DNA of 58,911 nt, counting the filler. It is 5 parts of 5 records of this genome, joined end to end, with 100 filler letters (N's around TTAATTAATTAA, not from the genome) between each part and the next. Parts side by side here need not be neighbours in the genome. Positions count along the whole stretch, not along the records: positions 1 to 20,180 come from SRR31147125_41290; 4 more parts are not named here. One strand, given 5' to 3'. Under the pieces are notes generated by a model. The model ran no database searches, had not been told where the DNA came from, and saw only the letters and a list, made by a program, of their open reading frames with translations. Numbering within the stretch: position 1 is the first letter of the stretch; each line of letters begins with the position of its first letter. Made by a program: the position numbers and the translations under genes. This document shows, piece by piece, positions 8,754 through 19,461 of this stretch.

Positions 8754-11617
8754 ATGCAAGGAAACGGAAAAATATTTGAATCATTAAAAACGGAAATTGA
8801 AGGTGATGTGCTGTATCGTGATCTACACCGGTCCTAATACAGCAGCGGTGCATCATTGTTCAGGATAAAGCCGATGGCAATCGTTCAGCCTAAAAATAAA
8901 GCGGATCTGGTCAAGACGATTGCCTTTGCTCAGGAACACAGTATTCCGATTACGGCACGCGGCGGCGGCACGAGCAGGGCGGGAAATGAGCTTGGAAGCG
9001 GAATACTGATCGATTTCCGCAAATACCTGAACAACCTGATTGAGCTTAATCCGCAGGAGAAGTGGGTCAAAGTGGAGCTGGGAATTGTTCTGGCCGATCT
9101 GAACAGGGCACTCAAACAACACAATTTGTTTTTTCCCATCGACCCTTCGACAAAAGATTCCGCAACGCTTGGCGGGATGATTGCGAATAATTCAAGTGGT
9201 CCGCACGCCGTTAAATTCGGGACTACCCGGAACCATGTTCTGGGTCTTGAACTGGTTCTCGGCAACGGTGAAATCCTTGGTACCGGCACGCACAGAAGCG
9301 CACAAGTGGAGACCAGCCGGGAAGGCGGCATTGCTGCCCGTTTATACAAGGAAATGCCCGAAATATTAGAACGATATGGCGATTACCTGGAGGCTGAAAA
9401 ACCATATACCACAAAAAATTCCTGCGGCTATCATCTCTGGGATCTGACGACAAACGGTAACCTGGATTTAACTCCTTTACTTGTTGGCTCGGAAGGTACC
9501 CTGGCCCTGCTATCTGAAGCGACACTGAAACTGTCTGAAATTCCAGCAAAGGTTTTAAGCGGATTCGTCTACTTCGATGATTTGGGAAAGGTTGGCGAGG
9601 CAACCCAGGAAATCCTGAAGGAAGATGCCTCCATGATAGAGATATGGAGAAGCACATACTCGATCTTGCCCGTGATAAATATCCTGATTTAGCTGAATAT
9701 TTCCCAGAAAACACCGAGGCTTCACTCTTTATTGAGTTTCAGGAAGACAACGATGAAATGCTGGCGGAACGCTTTGTAAATGTCAGAAGGCGGATACTGG
9801 AAGATAACAACCTTGCCGTCAGTATCGTACAGGCAAGAAACAGCCAGGATATGAAGACGTTTACGAAAGTACGCAGTATCTCCGGTCCGATTCTCAATCG
9901 TATGGCAGGGCCCCGCAAACCAATCGCGTTCATCGAGGACGCAGCAGTACACGTCAGCAGGCTTCCTGAATATATAAGCGGTTTACGCGAGCTTTTTGAA
10001 AAATTCGAGGTCAATGTCGCAATCTACGGACACGCGGGTGACGGCAACCTTCACAACATGGCCATTCTGGACTTGCGGCAGGAAAAAGAAGTCGAGAAGA
10101 TGCTGAACCTTGCCGATGCGGTATGCGATCTGGTGCTGGGCCTCAATGGCACGGTCAGTGGTGAGCATGCAGACGGTAGGCTCCGTTCCTATTTCCTCGA
10201 ACGGCAATATCCTCATCTTCTTCATGCAATGAGAGAGATTAAAGCCTGTTTTGATTCCGAAAACATAATGAATCCCGGCGTAATAATTTCTGGTGAAATC
10301 AACCCACTGGGGGAGAACCTCAAATACGGTCCTGATTTCACTATCGTCGATACCAATAGTTGTTTTGACGCCGAAAACCTGTACACACAGATAGAGAATT
10401 GTTCCGGATGCGGAAAATGCAGTTCCTACTGTCCTATCGCCAGCAACAAACTTGAAGAGTGGACGAAAGGGCGGGGGAAAATAACCCTGTACCGTGAGCT
10501 GATTTCCGGCAAACTTGATCCCGCGATTCTCGAGGACTCTGAATTTAGGGAGGTTATCGATTCATGTATCAACTGCAAGCGGTGTTTGACGGAGTGCCCG
10601 TCCGGGGTCGATGTCCCCTGGCTGGCAGTTGTCGGAAGACATGAATATGCGGAACGCCAGGGAGAAGGGCTGGCCAACAGGGGCTTGACCGACACCAAGT
10701 CGCTGTGCAGCCACGGGAGTACGTTTGCCCCGATTGCCAACGTTGCGACATCTCTTGCGCCAATTCGCTGGGGACTACAGAAAGTACTCGGAATGGAAGT
10801 GAAAAGGAACCTCCCCCAGTTTCGCAGCAAGACCCTGAAAAAGATAGTGAAGAGCAGGGGAATAAGGAATTTATCAAGAGAAGTGGTGTTTTTCGTTGGT
10901 TGTTATACGAATTACAATGATCCCGATGGTGAAGGTCTGGCGGTCATTGATGTGCTCGAACATAACGACATTAACGTCGTCATGCCTGAATTCAAATGCT
11001 GCGGTATTGCCCGCATAAGTGCAGGCGGTCAGAATCAGATTATGGACGATATTCGCCACAATCTCGATCTGCTCAACGAATATACCCGGAAGGGAACCCC
11101 GATCATTTTCAGTGAACCAAGTTGCGCACTGGCAGTAATGAAGGAGTATCCGAGAATCGTTAATTCCGAAATCGCCCGGACGGTGGCGGATAATTGTTAC
11201 GACATCTATCAGTATCTGGCGCAGTTGCACTCCCATGGTGAGTTGAAAACGGATTTCGGCGAAATGGTTACGAAAATCGGCTATCATGCTCCCTGTCATC
11301 TGAGAGGCATCGGTGTAAACGACGAACCGGTTGAACTGATGCAGCTAATACCCGGAGTCGAGGTTATTCGATACACAGACAAATGTTGCGGGATGGGAGG
11401 GACGTATGGTCTGAAATCGAAAAACTATGATCTTTCAATGAAAATCGGTGAGCGGCTGTTTGACGAAATCAATAAGTCCGATGCAGACCAGGTGGTTACC
11501 GGATGCGGGGCATGCGGAATGCAGATTTTTCAGGGAACATCCCTTGAATCGGTCCCGCCTATTGAGTTATTGGCGAGGGCATACCGGAAAGAGCTGGCAT
11601 TGGAGAAGGCACTTTAA
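8754..11617 (+). CDS. FAD/Fe-S 2-hydroxyacid dehydrogenase (GlcD-GlcF fusion) with an in-frame TAA and one frameshift
   Basis: RGGGTS, ATLGGMIANNSSG, GSEGTL, GHAGDGNLH, SGEHADG, two CxxCxxCxxxCP motifs and two CCG domains; TAA 8835-8837; frameshift near 9643. Confidence 0.85.
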
Positions 11618-11690
11618 GGGTGAAATGACGGACGTTCACAGTGTGTTGTATTAATAGTGGGAACGTAACGATTTCGATACGGCGGGTAGA

Positions 11691-11807
11691 CATGAGTTGA
11701 GGCGTCCAGCCGGTTGACAGACTGGGGAAAGGCTCGATGTAATCGCTTTTCCCCAAAAGTGAGCCTGAAGCCAAGCGAAGACGGTCAGCAGGTTGTCTCA
11801 ACTCGTG
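11691..11807 (+). other. Structured intergenic element with nested stems
   Basis: Imperfect outer stem of about 28 bp with G-U pairs, plus inner GGGGAAAGGC/GCTTTTCCCC hairpin, between convergent genes. Confidence 0.5.
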
Positions 11808-11818
11808 AAAAATTCAGG

Positions 11819-12616
11819 CTAGAAAATACTGAAGAACATTCTTGTTCCAACTATGATCAACAGGAGCGCAAAGATTTTCTTTAATTTATCCACCGGCAGG
11901 GTATGGGCCAGTTTAGCTCCGAAGGGAGCAGTCAGAACGCTGATGGCAGCAATACCGATCAGGGCTGGCAGATAGATAAAACCCAAAGAGTAATCGGGCA
12001 GTAACTCATTCCCCCAGCCATTGAACAGGAATCCGACGGTTCCTGAAATTGCAATCGGCAGACCGATCGCCGCTGACGTACCGATTGCTCGATGAACAGG
12101 AACATTGTTCCACACCATATACGGTACACTGACCGCTCCTCCACCTATTCCGACCAGACTTGAGATAAACCCGATAATATTGCCGGCGCCGAACATGCCG
12201 ACCATTCCCGGCAACTCACGAGATGGTTTTGGCTTTTTATTGGTTAGAAACTGGTAGGCGACGAAATAGAGGAATATAACGAAAAACGCTTTCAGGACAT
12301 CAGTTGACAAAGAGGAAGCAAAACAGCTGCCGAGAAACGTTCCGGTCAGAATACCCAAAACAATACGCCTGACTATCGTCCATTGCACAGCTCCCCTTTT
12401 ATGATGGGCCATGAAGCTGGATACTGATGTGAACATGATGCTGGCAAGTGATGTACCCAGAGCCAGGTGCATGATTATTTCAGAGGACACATTTTGAAAA
12501 TTGAAAGTGATTACCAGGATAGGAACGATAACCAGGCCGCCACCTACGCCAAGCAACCCTGCAAGAACACCGACAAACGCACCGACACACCCGTATAATA
12601 GAAACATAGATAACAT
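11819..12616 (-). CDS. TauE/SafE family anion exporter, paralog of 1735-2529
   Basis: Same motifs, with shared blocks IIMHLALGTSLA and LPVDKLKKIFA. Confidence 0.9.
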   Translation of the reverse strand: MLSMFLLYGCVGAFVGVLAGLLGVGGGLVIVPILVITFNFQNVSSEIIMHLALGTSLASIMFTSVSSFMAHHKRGAVQWTIVRRIVLGILTGTFLGSCFASSLSTDVLKAFFVIFLYFVAYQFLTNKKPKPSRELPGMVGMFGAGNIIGFISSLVGIGGGAVSVPYMVWNNVPVHRAIGTSAAIGLPIAISGTVGFLFNGWGNELLPDYSLGFIYLPALIGIAAISVLTAPFGAKLAHTLPVDKLKKIFALLLIIVGTRMFFSIF

Positions 12617-12643
12617 GATTATTCCTCTGCTGGTAATTAACTA

Positions 12644-13558
12644 TTAACCCAGTTGATCTTTCGCCTTCAAACCGGTGTTCCGTAGAAAGTCGACTGCTGC
12701 CTGTTTTTTCTGTCCAGGTATCTGAGCAGAGCAGATGTTGATGGAGCCGTCTCCGGTGGCAACCGTGAAATGGTCTTCACTGATATTGACTATGGTGCCA
12801 GGAGATCCACTGAGTTCGCCTACGGAAGCATCAAAGAATTTGAACGTTTCCTCACCATAAGATGTGACACTGCCGGGGCTCGGGTTGGCGCCTCGTATTA
12901 GATTGTAGACCTGCTCTGTAGGTTTCGTCCAATCGATAATGGTATCGCTGGAGGTTATAGCGGGTTGAAACGATGCCTCGGCTTCATCCTGCACGGTTGA
13001 TGTGGTCGTACCATTTTTGATCTGTGTAACGGCTCGGGCAATCATTGTGATACCGAGCGGATAGAGTTTCTCAAAATAGACGGATTTCACCGTATCGTGC
13101 GGTTCTATCGTGACCGCTTCCTGGAGCAGAATCGGGCCGGTATCGACACCATCGTCAATGTAGTGGATGGTCACCCCGGTTTCGGTCTCCCCGTTTATGA
13201 TGGCCCAGTTGATGGCGGAGCCGCCCCGGTATTTGGGCAGCAGCGACGGGTGGTAGTTGATCCCGCCGTGGGTTGCAGCGTCGATCATTTCCTGTGGGAC
13301 AAATGATGTCACGAAGGCAAGAACCAGCAGGTCTGGTTTCAGGCTTTTCGCCCAGTCGATGATTTCAGTTTTTTTCAGGTAGTTTGCCTGGCAGAGCTCG
13401 ATGCCATGTTCGACGGCACTTTCCTTTACCGGGTTGGGATATCTCGGATTCGGCGGATCTTCTACAGTGATAACCCCGACAACCTCTTCTCCCTGCGCCA
13501 GGAGGGCTTCGAGCGAATCCTTACCGAACGCCGCCTGGCCAATGAATACGATGCGCAT
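12644..13558 (-). CDS. Formyltransferase-family protein resembling the 10-formyl-THF dehydrogenase N-terminal domain
   Basis: IGQAAFG, YHPSLLPKYRGGSAINW, DDGVDTG and DTVKSVYFEKLYPLGI. Confidence 0.85.
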   Translation of the reverse strand: MRIVFIGQAAFGKDSLEALLAQGEEVVGVITVEDPPNPRYPNPVKESAVEHGIELCQANYLKKTEIIDWAKSLKPDLLVLAFVTSFVPQEMIDAATHGGINYHPSLLPKYRGGSAINWAIINGETETGVTIHYIDDGVDTGPILLQEAVTIEPHDTVKSVYFEKLYPLGITMIARAVTQIKNGTTTSTVQDEAEASFQPAITSSDTIIDWTKPTEQVYNLIRGANPSPGSVTSYGEETFKFFDASVGELSGSPGTIVNISEDHFTVATGDGSINICSAQIPGQKKQAAVDFLRNTGLKAKDQLG

Positions 13559-13593
13559 GGTGCTATCCTCCTCTCAACGGTTGCTGCCAAAAG

Positions 13594-13625
13594 AAAACCC
13601 CGCGTTACTATAACGCGGGGGTTTT
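13594..13625 (-). terminator. Intrinsic terminator-like hairpin after dctM
   Basis: AAAACCCCGCGTTA-CTA-TAACGCGGGGGTTTT. Confidence 0.7.
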
Positions 13626-13667
13626 GTGATGTCATCAAGATGATGATCCCGTCAAACTGTCATGCAC

Positions 13668-15215
13668 TTACCCATAAATCAACTGCGGGAAAAAGGTGAT
13701 AACAATCGGGAACAATACACAAACAGCAAGGCCGATACACTGCATTGCCAAAAAGACGAGCGACGCCTGGAAGATGGTCGCCATTTTGATATGCGGGGGG
13801 GTAACGCCCCGGATGTAGAACAGCGCGTAACCAAACGGCGGGCTCAAAAACGACATCTGCATATTGATGATATAGAGCACGCCAAACCACAGGGCAACAT
13901 CGCTTCCATCCGGACCGGGAAGGCCGAACAACCCCGGGAAGGACAGTGACTTGACAATCGGCACAAAGATCGGAACGGCCAGCAACAGGATACCGACCCA
14001 GTCAAGAAACATGCCGAGGATAACGAGCAGGAACATCATCAAAAAGAGAATGCCGTACGGTCCAAGGCCAAGGCCGAGCATCGTATCGGTGATAAACGCC
14101 TGGCCACCCTGCAGAATATAGAATCCGACGAAAACAGAGGCGCCAAACATGATCCAGAGGACCATTGTAGCTGCCCGCAGTGTTGTCAGAGACGCTTCTT
14201 TTAAGACCAGCAGGGAGAATTTTCTCTGGATAATCGCAACCAGAACCGAACCGCAGGAGCCAATACCGGCAGCCTCAACCGGGGTTGCGATACCGCCGAA
14301 AAGCAGTCCGAGAACCAGGAATACCAGAAAAATTGGGGCAATAAGGCCTTTCAGCAGCTTCAATTTCTCGACAAAGCTGATGAGTTCCTCTTTGGGCAGG
14401 GCCGGGCAGAGGTCTGGATTGATATACGAGCGGACCAGAACGTAGGTCACATACATGCTGGAAAGCAGCAAACCCGGGATAAGGCAGCCCATATAGAGCT
14501 CGCCGACCGACTGCTGGGCAACAACGGCATAAAGAATGGCCAGAATAGACGGCGGAATCAGAATGCCGAGGGTACCACCAGCCATGATTGAGCCAAGAGC
14601 TATCTTTTCATCATAGTTTCTGGAGAGCATTGCCGGCAGTGCCAGGATACCCATGGTAACAACTGCTGCACCAATAACACCAACCATTGCTGCCAGGATT
14701 GTCGAAGCCACAATAGTTGCTGCCGCCAGTCCGCCGCGCAGTCCGCCCATCCATTTATAGACCGCCGAGAACATTTCCTCGATAATGCCTGCCCGCTCCA
14801 GCATTGCCGCCATAAAGATAAAGAGCGGGATTGCCGATAGATCCGAGTTGGTCATCATCGGGAAGATACGGCTGGGCAGGATGTTGAGCATTGCCTGATC
14901 ACCAACCGTGTAAATAAATACACAGCCGAGTCCGCCGGTAACGAAGGCCAGGGGAAGTCCGGCCATCAGGAAGACGACAAGGCTGCCGAACATGATCCAC
15001 GTGAGGGTGGAGATGTCATATCCTGCAAGAATTCCTGCGGTTCTGAAGAGAAAGTATTCTTCACCCCACGGGTCGTAGAACAGGATATTGATCATTTCCA
15101 CACAAACACAGAATGCGAGCACCAGGGTACCGCCATAGACCAGGATAGACCAGAACAGTGCTCCCGGCTTTCGCGCTGTTTGAATAGTTTTCTTATTATT
15201 TATTGCAGTATCCAT
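13668..15215 (-). CDS. dctM: TRAP transporter large permease
   Basis: AIPLFIFM, GGTLGILIPPS, ATPVEAAG and SPPFGYALF motifs. Confidence 0.93.
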   Translation of the reverse strand: MDTAINNKKTIQTARKPGALFWSILVYGGTLVLAFCVCVEMINILFYDPWGEEYFLFRTAGILAGYDISTLTWIMFGSLVVFLMAGLPLAFVTGGLGCVFIYTVGDQAMLNILPSRIFPMMTNSDLSAIPLFIFMAAMLERAGIIEEMFSAVYKWMGGLRGGLAAATIVASTILAAMVGVIGAAVVTMGILALPAMLSRNYDEKIALGSIMAGGTLGILIPPSILAILYAVVAQQSVGELYMGCLIPGLLLSSMYVTYVLVRSYINPDLCPALPKEELISFVEKLKLLKGLIAPIFLVFLVLGLLFGGIATPVEAAGIGSCGSVLVAIIQRKFSLLVLKEASLTTLRAATMVLWIMFGASVFVGFYILQGGQAFITDTMLGLGLGPYGILFLMMFLLVILGMFLDWVGILLLAVPIFVPIVKSLSFPGLFGLPGPDGSDVALWFGVLYIINMQMSFLSPPFGYALFYIRGVTPPHIKMATIFQASLVFLAMQCIGLAVCVLFPIVITFFPQLIYG

Positions 15216-15904
15216 TATGCCTCACTCCTACCCAGTTGATTGAAACATTTGATGTCTTTATAGAGTTTGGATGTGGTAGCCAGAAAAATCAGTATGCCAC
15301 CAACCAACATCATAGCCTTTACCGGGTAGTACTGGATCTGCCAGGTCTCCATGGTTCGTTCACGCATACCGATGGAGTCCATCATGAAGCCATAGGAGGT
15401 GCCGATCAGGACGATAAAGAATACGTAGGAAAATACAGAGGTAAAGATATCCAGCCCATACTGTCCACGTTTCGGGAACTTGTTATACACAATATCGACT
15501 GCAACATGGGAACCGTGCAGATACGCATAGGCACCGGCAATCAGGTATTGCATACCGAAAAGCAGAAAGGATGACTCATGTACCCAGATTGTCGGTTTGT
15601 TGAAAATATAGCGGGCGATAACCTCGAATGCGTATGCAAATACCGCATTGATGGTCCAGAATGCGACCATTTGTCCAGAGTGTTCGGAAAGCCAGTCTAT
15701 TATTCTGATTACAATATTGCTTTCAACCTTAATTTCATCCGGATCTTCATGTTTGCTCGAATCGGGTAGCGTACCATCTTTTTCAAATTGTCTTTTTTCA
15801 AGTGCATAGCATACAATTATCATAACGACGGGCATAACTACCAGCCAGCCCCAGTAGAACCAGTGAGGTAGGACAAACCCGAAATCTATCTGTTGTTCGT
15901 TCAT
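15215..15904 (-). CDS. dctQ: TRAP transporter small permease
   Basis: EVIARYIFNKPTIWVHE and HVAVDIVY; lies between dctP and dctM. Confidence 0.9.
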   Translation of the reverse strand: MNEQQIDFGFVLPHWFYWGWLVVMPVVMIIVCYALEKRQFEKDGTLPDSSKHEDPDEIKVESNIVIRIIDWLSEHSGQMVAFWTINAVFAYAFEVIARYIFNKPTIWVHESSFLLFGMQYLIAGAYAYLHGSHVAVDIVYNKFPKRGQYGLDIFTSVFSYVFFIVLIGTSYGFMMDSIGMRERTMETWQIQYYPVKAMMLVGGILIFLATTSKLYKDIKCFNQLGRSEA

Positions 15905-15936
15905 TGTGTAAAAACTCCTTTCCGGCGGTCGTGAAG

Positions 15937-15968
15937 AAAAACGGAGGTCCGGAGACCCCCGTTTTTTT
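15937..15968 (-). terminator. Hairpin between dctP and dctQ, partial terminator or mRNA stabiliser
   Basis: AAAAACGGAGGTC-CGGA-GACCCCCGTTTTTTT. Confidence 0.6.
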
Positions 15969-15995
15969 ACAAAATGTTGTTTCTACAGCAGGCGG

Positions 15996-17147
15996 CTACA
16001 GCGAGTAATCCTTGATATCTTCGGGGGTCAGGTATCCCATCAAGTCATTAAGCATAAAGTCGAGCTGTAGTTTGAGGACTTCTGCCGCATCAGGACTTTT
16101 CTTGGCCCAGTTGAACCAGATTGGAATCGCATGTTTACGGAATTGGGCCACATCTTCGGGGCTCATTCGATTTACAACACTGCCCGCTTCTTTAAACTTG
16201 GCCAGTGCTTCTACATTACGCTTCTGAATTCCGAGGTAATGTTCACTGGACAGGACCTTGACTTGTTCTTCCATAAGTGATTGCATTTCCGGGGAAAGTC
16301 GCTTCCATGCGCCAAGGTTACAGCTGATTTCCATAAGATCAACCGGCTGGTAGATTGACATCAGGCCTGGAGGGCCAAACAGGATGTACTTGGTGACTTG
16401 GGCAAAACCGAGATCCCAGTTGACGGCCGGTCCGACATAGTCAGCGGCATCGATGGTTCCTTTCTCGAGAGCCGGGAAGATATCTGAGCCCGGCAGGGAA
16501 ACGGTGGATGCACCGAATGACTGGAACACCTCGGCGACCATACCGCCCGGTACCCGCAGTTTCATGCCCTTGAAGTCGGCAACGGATGTAACCGGTTTCT
16601 TGGAATGAATGATATTTGCATCATGCTGGACATGGCCGACATAAACCAAACCATGCTTTGCGTAAATCTTTCTGGCCAGTTCTTTCATGCCGAGTGCATC
16701 AAACATGATATCCCACTGGGCTGGCTGATCCGGTCCGACCGGATAGGAAGAAAGGAATACAGAGGCTGGGATTTTTCCGGCCCAGTACAGGGTAAACGGC
16801 ATCATTCCCTGGAGGACTCCAGTTTTAACCGCTTCAAACAGTGCGTTGTTGTCGGCTGCAACCGATTTGGCCGCAAACGGCTTGATCTCAAGCTCGCCAC
16901 CTGATTTCTCTTTGAAACTCTTGCACCAGTTTTCAAAAAGAGTGTATCCGCTTGTCCCGGCATCCCATACGGTCTGCATTTTCCAGACGGTAGTCTTGGC
17001 TTTGGCCGTTTGGATGAACGGGCCGACCGCGGAACTTGCAGCGACTGCCGCACCGGCTGCTGCTGCGGTCTTCAGGAATTTACGGCGTCCGTTACCTTCC
17101 GGCTTCTTTTCAACTGCCACATCTTTTTTCTGTCCTTGTTCCTGCAT
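15996..17147 (-). CDS. dctP: TRAP substrate-binding protein, lactate/2-hydroxyacid type, Tat signal
   Basis: RRKFLK Tat motif; WDAGT, PFTLYWAG, VQHDANIIHSKKP, LRVPGGM and QPVDLM match my recollection of Thermus TTHA0766. Confidence 0.9.
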   Translation of the reverse strand: MQEQGQKKDVAVEKKPEGNGRRKFLKTAAAAGAAVAASSAVGPFIQTAKAKTTVWKMQTVWDAGTSGYTLFENWCKSFKEKSGGELEIKPFAAKSVAADNNALFEAVKTGVLQGMMPFTLYWAGKIPASVFLSSYPVGPDQPAQWDIMFDALGMKELARKIYAKHGLVYVGHVQHDANIIHSKKPVTSVADFKGMKLRVPGGMVAEVFQSFGASTVSLPGSDIFPALEKGTIDAADYVGPAVNWDLGFAQVTKYILFGPPGLMSIYQPVDLMEISCNLGAWKRLSPEMQSLMEEQVKVLSSEHYLGIQKRNVEALAKFKEAGSVVNRMSPEDVAQFRKHAIPIWFNWAKKSPDAAEVLKLQLDFMLNDLMGYLTPEDIKDYSL

Positions 17148-17448
17148 TAGTCACTCCTCTTTATTAAGGGGTTTGCGATTTCCAGCAGTTCGTCCGGTTC
17201 TAGGCGGGAACCGGCATTCTGCGTATGAAACTGCGGACGTGTAATCACCGTATCGGGCACAGCAATCCAAACGGTGACCTCTTCCCGGGGGTGATCACGC
17301 TCGTATCTACTCAATGTACAATAGCAAGCGACTCAACCCCGTATCACCCATGTGCGCTGAACAGCCACATGGACGATGACTCCGTAATGACAACTATAAA
17401 AATGTGTGCAAAGATCGAAATAAGAACAATTTACCCGTCAGGGTGGAA

Positions 17449-17465
17449 ATCTGGTCAAACCAGAT
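17449..17465. promoter_or_regulatory. FadR-subfamily (LldR/GlcC/PdhR-type) operator
   Basis: Perfect inverted repeat ATCTGGT-CAA-ACCAGAT upstream of dctP. Confidence 0.65.
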
Positions 17466-18045
17466 ATTCGGTTCGTCTTATCCTGTTTTCCTGGATATGT
17501 CAAATCTTTTTGCAGCGTGAATTAGACAAGAGGAGGGAACGGGAAACGATGGTATGCTGTCACTCAATCCGACCCGATTTTTTTCTATATTATCAATAAT
17601 CTTTAAATATCTATTGTACGACGTTCGGGTGCTCTAACTAGTAAATAATTCATGAATAACGACGCTATTGTTTATTATCGATAAAATAGTATTTGCATGC
17701 ACTGGTGAGTTTTACCGGTTTGTATTTGCAACTGACAAGATGTTGTGGAAGGGGAATTGGTTTGTTTGTAACTGTCTGTGATGACATGGCAAAAGAGGTT
17801 ATGAGCTAACGCTGTCAGAATCGGGGAGTATCTGATTAGGGGGGAGGGCGGTCGGGATGAACGGGGCTCCAAAAAGGGGGAGGTCTAGTAGAACTGATCT
17901 CAACTACGGACAGGTTCGGTCGCGAGCTGAATTGTATGCGAGTGAGTGGATCGGGCGCATTTTGCTCCTACCGGCGGAATTAATAGTCGCCCGATATCAC
18001 GTATTGAATTGGGCGGAAAAATATGTTGTGGAGCTCCGAAAGTCC

Positions 18046-18090
18046 TTGACATTCATTCGATAACATGACAATCTTTTCTGGTCTTACCAG
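18046..18090 (+). promoter_or_regulatory. Sigma70-like promoter followed by a second FadR-type operator
   Basis: TTGACA 18046-18051, weak -10 CAATCT at 17 bp spacing, then CTGGT-CTT-ACCAG 18078-18090. Confidence 0.55.
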
Positions 18091-18194
18091 TGTTGAAATG
18101 GTGATAGTGTTCCCGTGGGGGGTGTTGGTACACGGCCAACGCACCGTTACGGGTTTCTGACGACAAAGTGATCAGTTTATGTGATGGAGGAATT

Positions 18195-19450
18195 ATGGCA
18201 AAGTTTCTAGAATTCCAGGGTAAGGAATATTTCAAGAAAGCGGGAATACCCGTCCCTGAAGGTGCAGTGGTCAGTACTCCGGAAGAGGCGGTTGCTGCCG
18301 CCGAAAAGATCGGCAAACCGGTCGTGGTGAAGGCCCAGGTCCTCGCGGGCGGGCGCGGCAAAGCGGGCGGCGTTAAACTCGTTTCCACCCCGGAAGAAGC
18401 CGGTAAAGCCGCTTCCGAGATCCTGGGTATGGAAATCAAGGGGCTGACGGTCAAGCAGGTTCTGGTTGAGGAGCAGTTGGCAATCAAACAGGAATTTTAT
18501 GCAGGCCTCATTATTAACTCGGCCCAGGATGTGCGTGGTCCGGTCCTGATGTTCAGCCCCGAGGGGGAGTGGACATTGAGTCGGTGCCGGAGGATAAAAT
18601 AGCGACACTCAACGTCGACGTGATCAAGGGCCTCATGCTTCATGACACACTCGACATGTGCGTGTCTATGGGTATTCAGGGACCGGTGTTAAGGCCGCTC
18701 GCCACCGTTGTGCTGAAACTCTACAACGCGTTCAGGAAAAACGACTGCCGCGCGCTCGAGATCAATCCGCTGGTTCTTACCGAAGACGGCAAGGTGTATG
18801 CTGCGGACTGCCGGATGGAAGCAGACGACCAGGCGGTCTTCAGGCATCCCGAGTTCGGGATCAAGATCGGACGGGAATTTCTCAAGGAACCGACTGATCT
18901 GGATCTGATGGGATGGTCGTATGAAGCGAGCGATTTCCGCGGAACCAGTTACATCGCCGAGATGGCATCTCCGGAAGAAACTGCCGGTGGTGGATATGTC
19001 GGCTATCACGGAATCGGTGGTGGTGCGGCGATGCTCGGTATGGACGCGCTCAACAAGGTTGGCCTGAAGGTGGCCGATTACGCTGATACCTCTGGTAATC
19101 CTACCGCTTCGAAAGTTTACCGCACGGTAAAACTTATCATGGCGCAACCGAACATCGAGGGGTATTTCCTCTCGGGCTTCATGATGGCCAACCAGGAACA
19201 GTGGCATCATGCCCATGGTCTCGTCAAGGCTCTGCGCGAGGAACTCCCGAAGCGTCCCGGATTTCCGGTAGTCCTGCTGCTCTGCGGCAACAAGGAAAAG
19301 GAGTCCCAGGAGATACTCAAAGAGGGGCTGGCCGGGTTTGGTGATCGGGTGGAGATTTACGATCGCGAGCACGTCTATGACGCCACTTTTATCGGCGGAA
19401 GGGTCAAAGCGCTGGTCGAAGAATACCGAAAAGACAAGGCGGCAGCCTAG
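18195..19450 (+). CDS. SucC-like ADP-forming acyl-CoA ligase beta subunit, frameshift near 18565
   Basis: EFQGKEYF, VVKAQVLAGGRGKAGGVK and EINPL; G-run frameshift; RBS GGAGG. Confidence 0.85.
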
Positions 19451-19461
19451 GGGAGATATCG

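Noticed and set aside
17148-17448. Possible riboswitch in the long dctP leader
   Set aside because: There are a few hairpins but no motif I recognise; a covariance search would be needed
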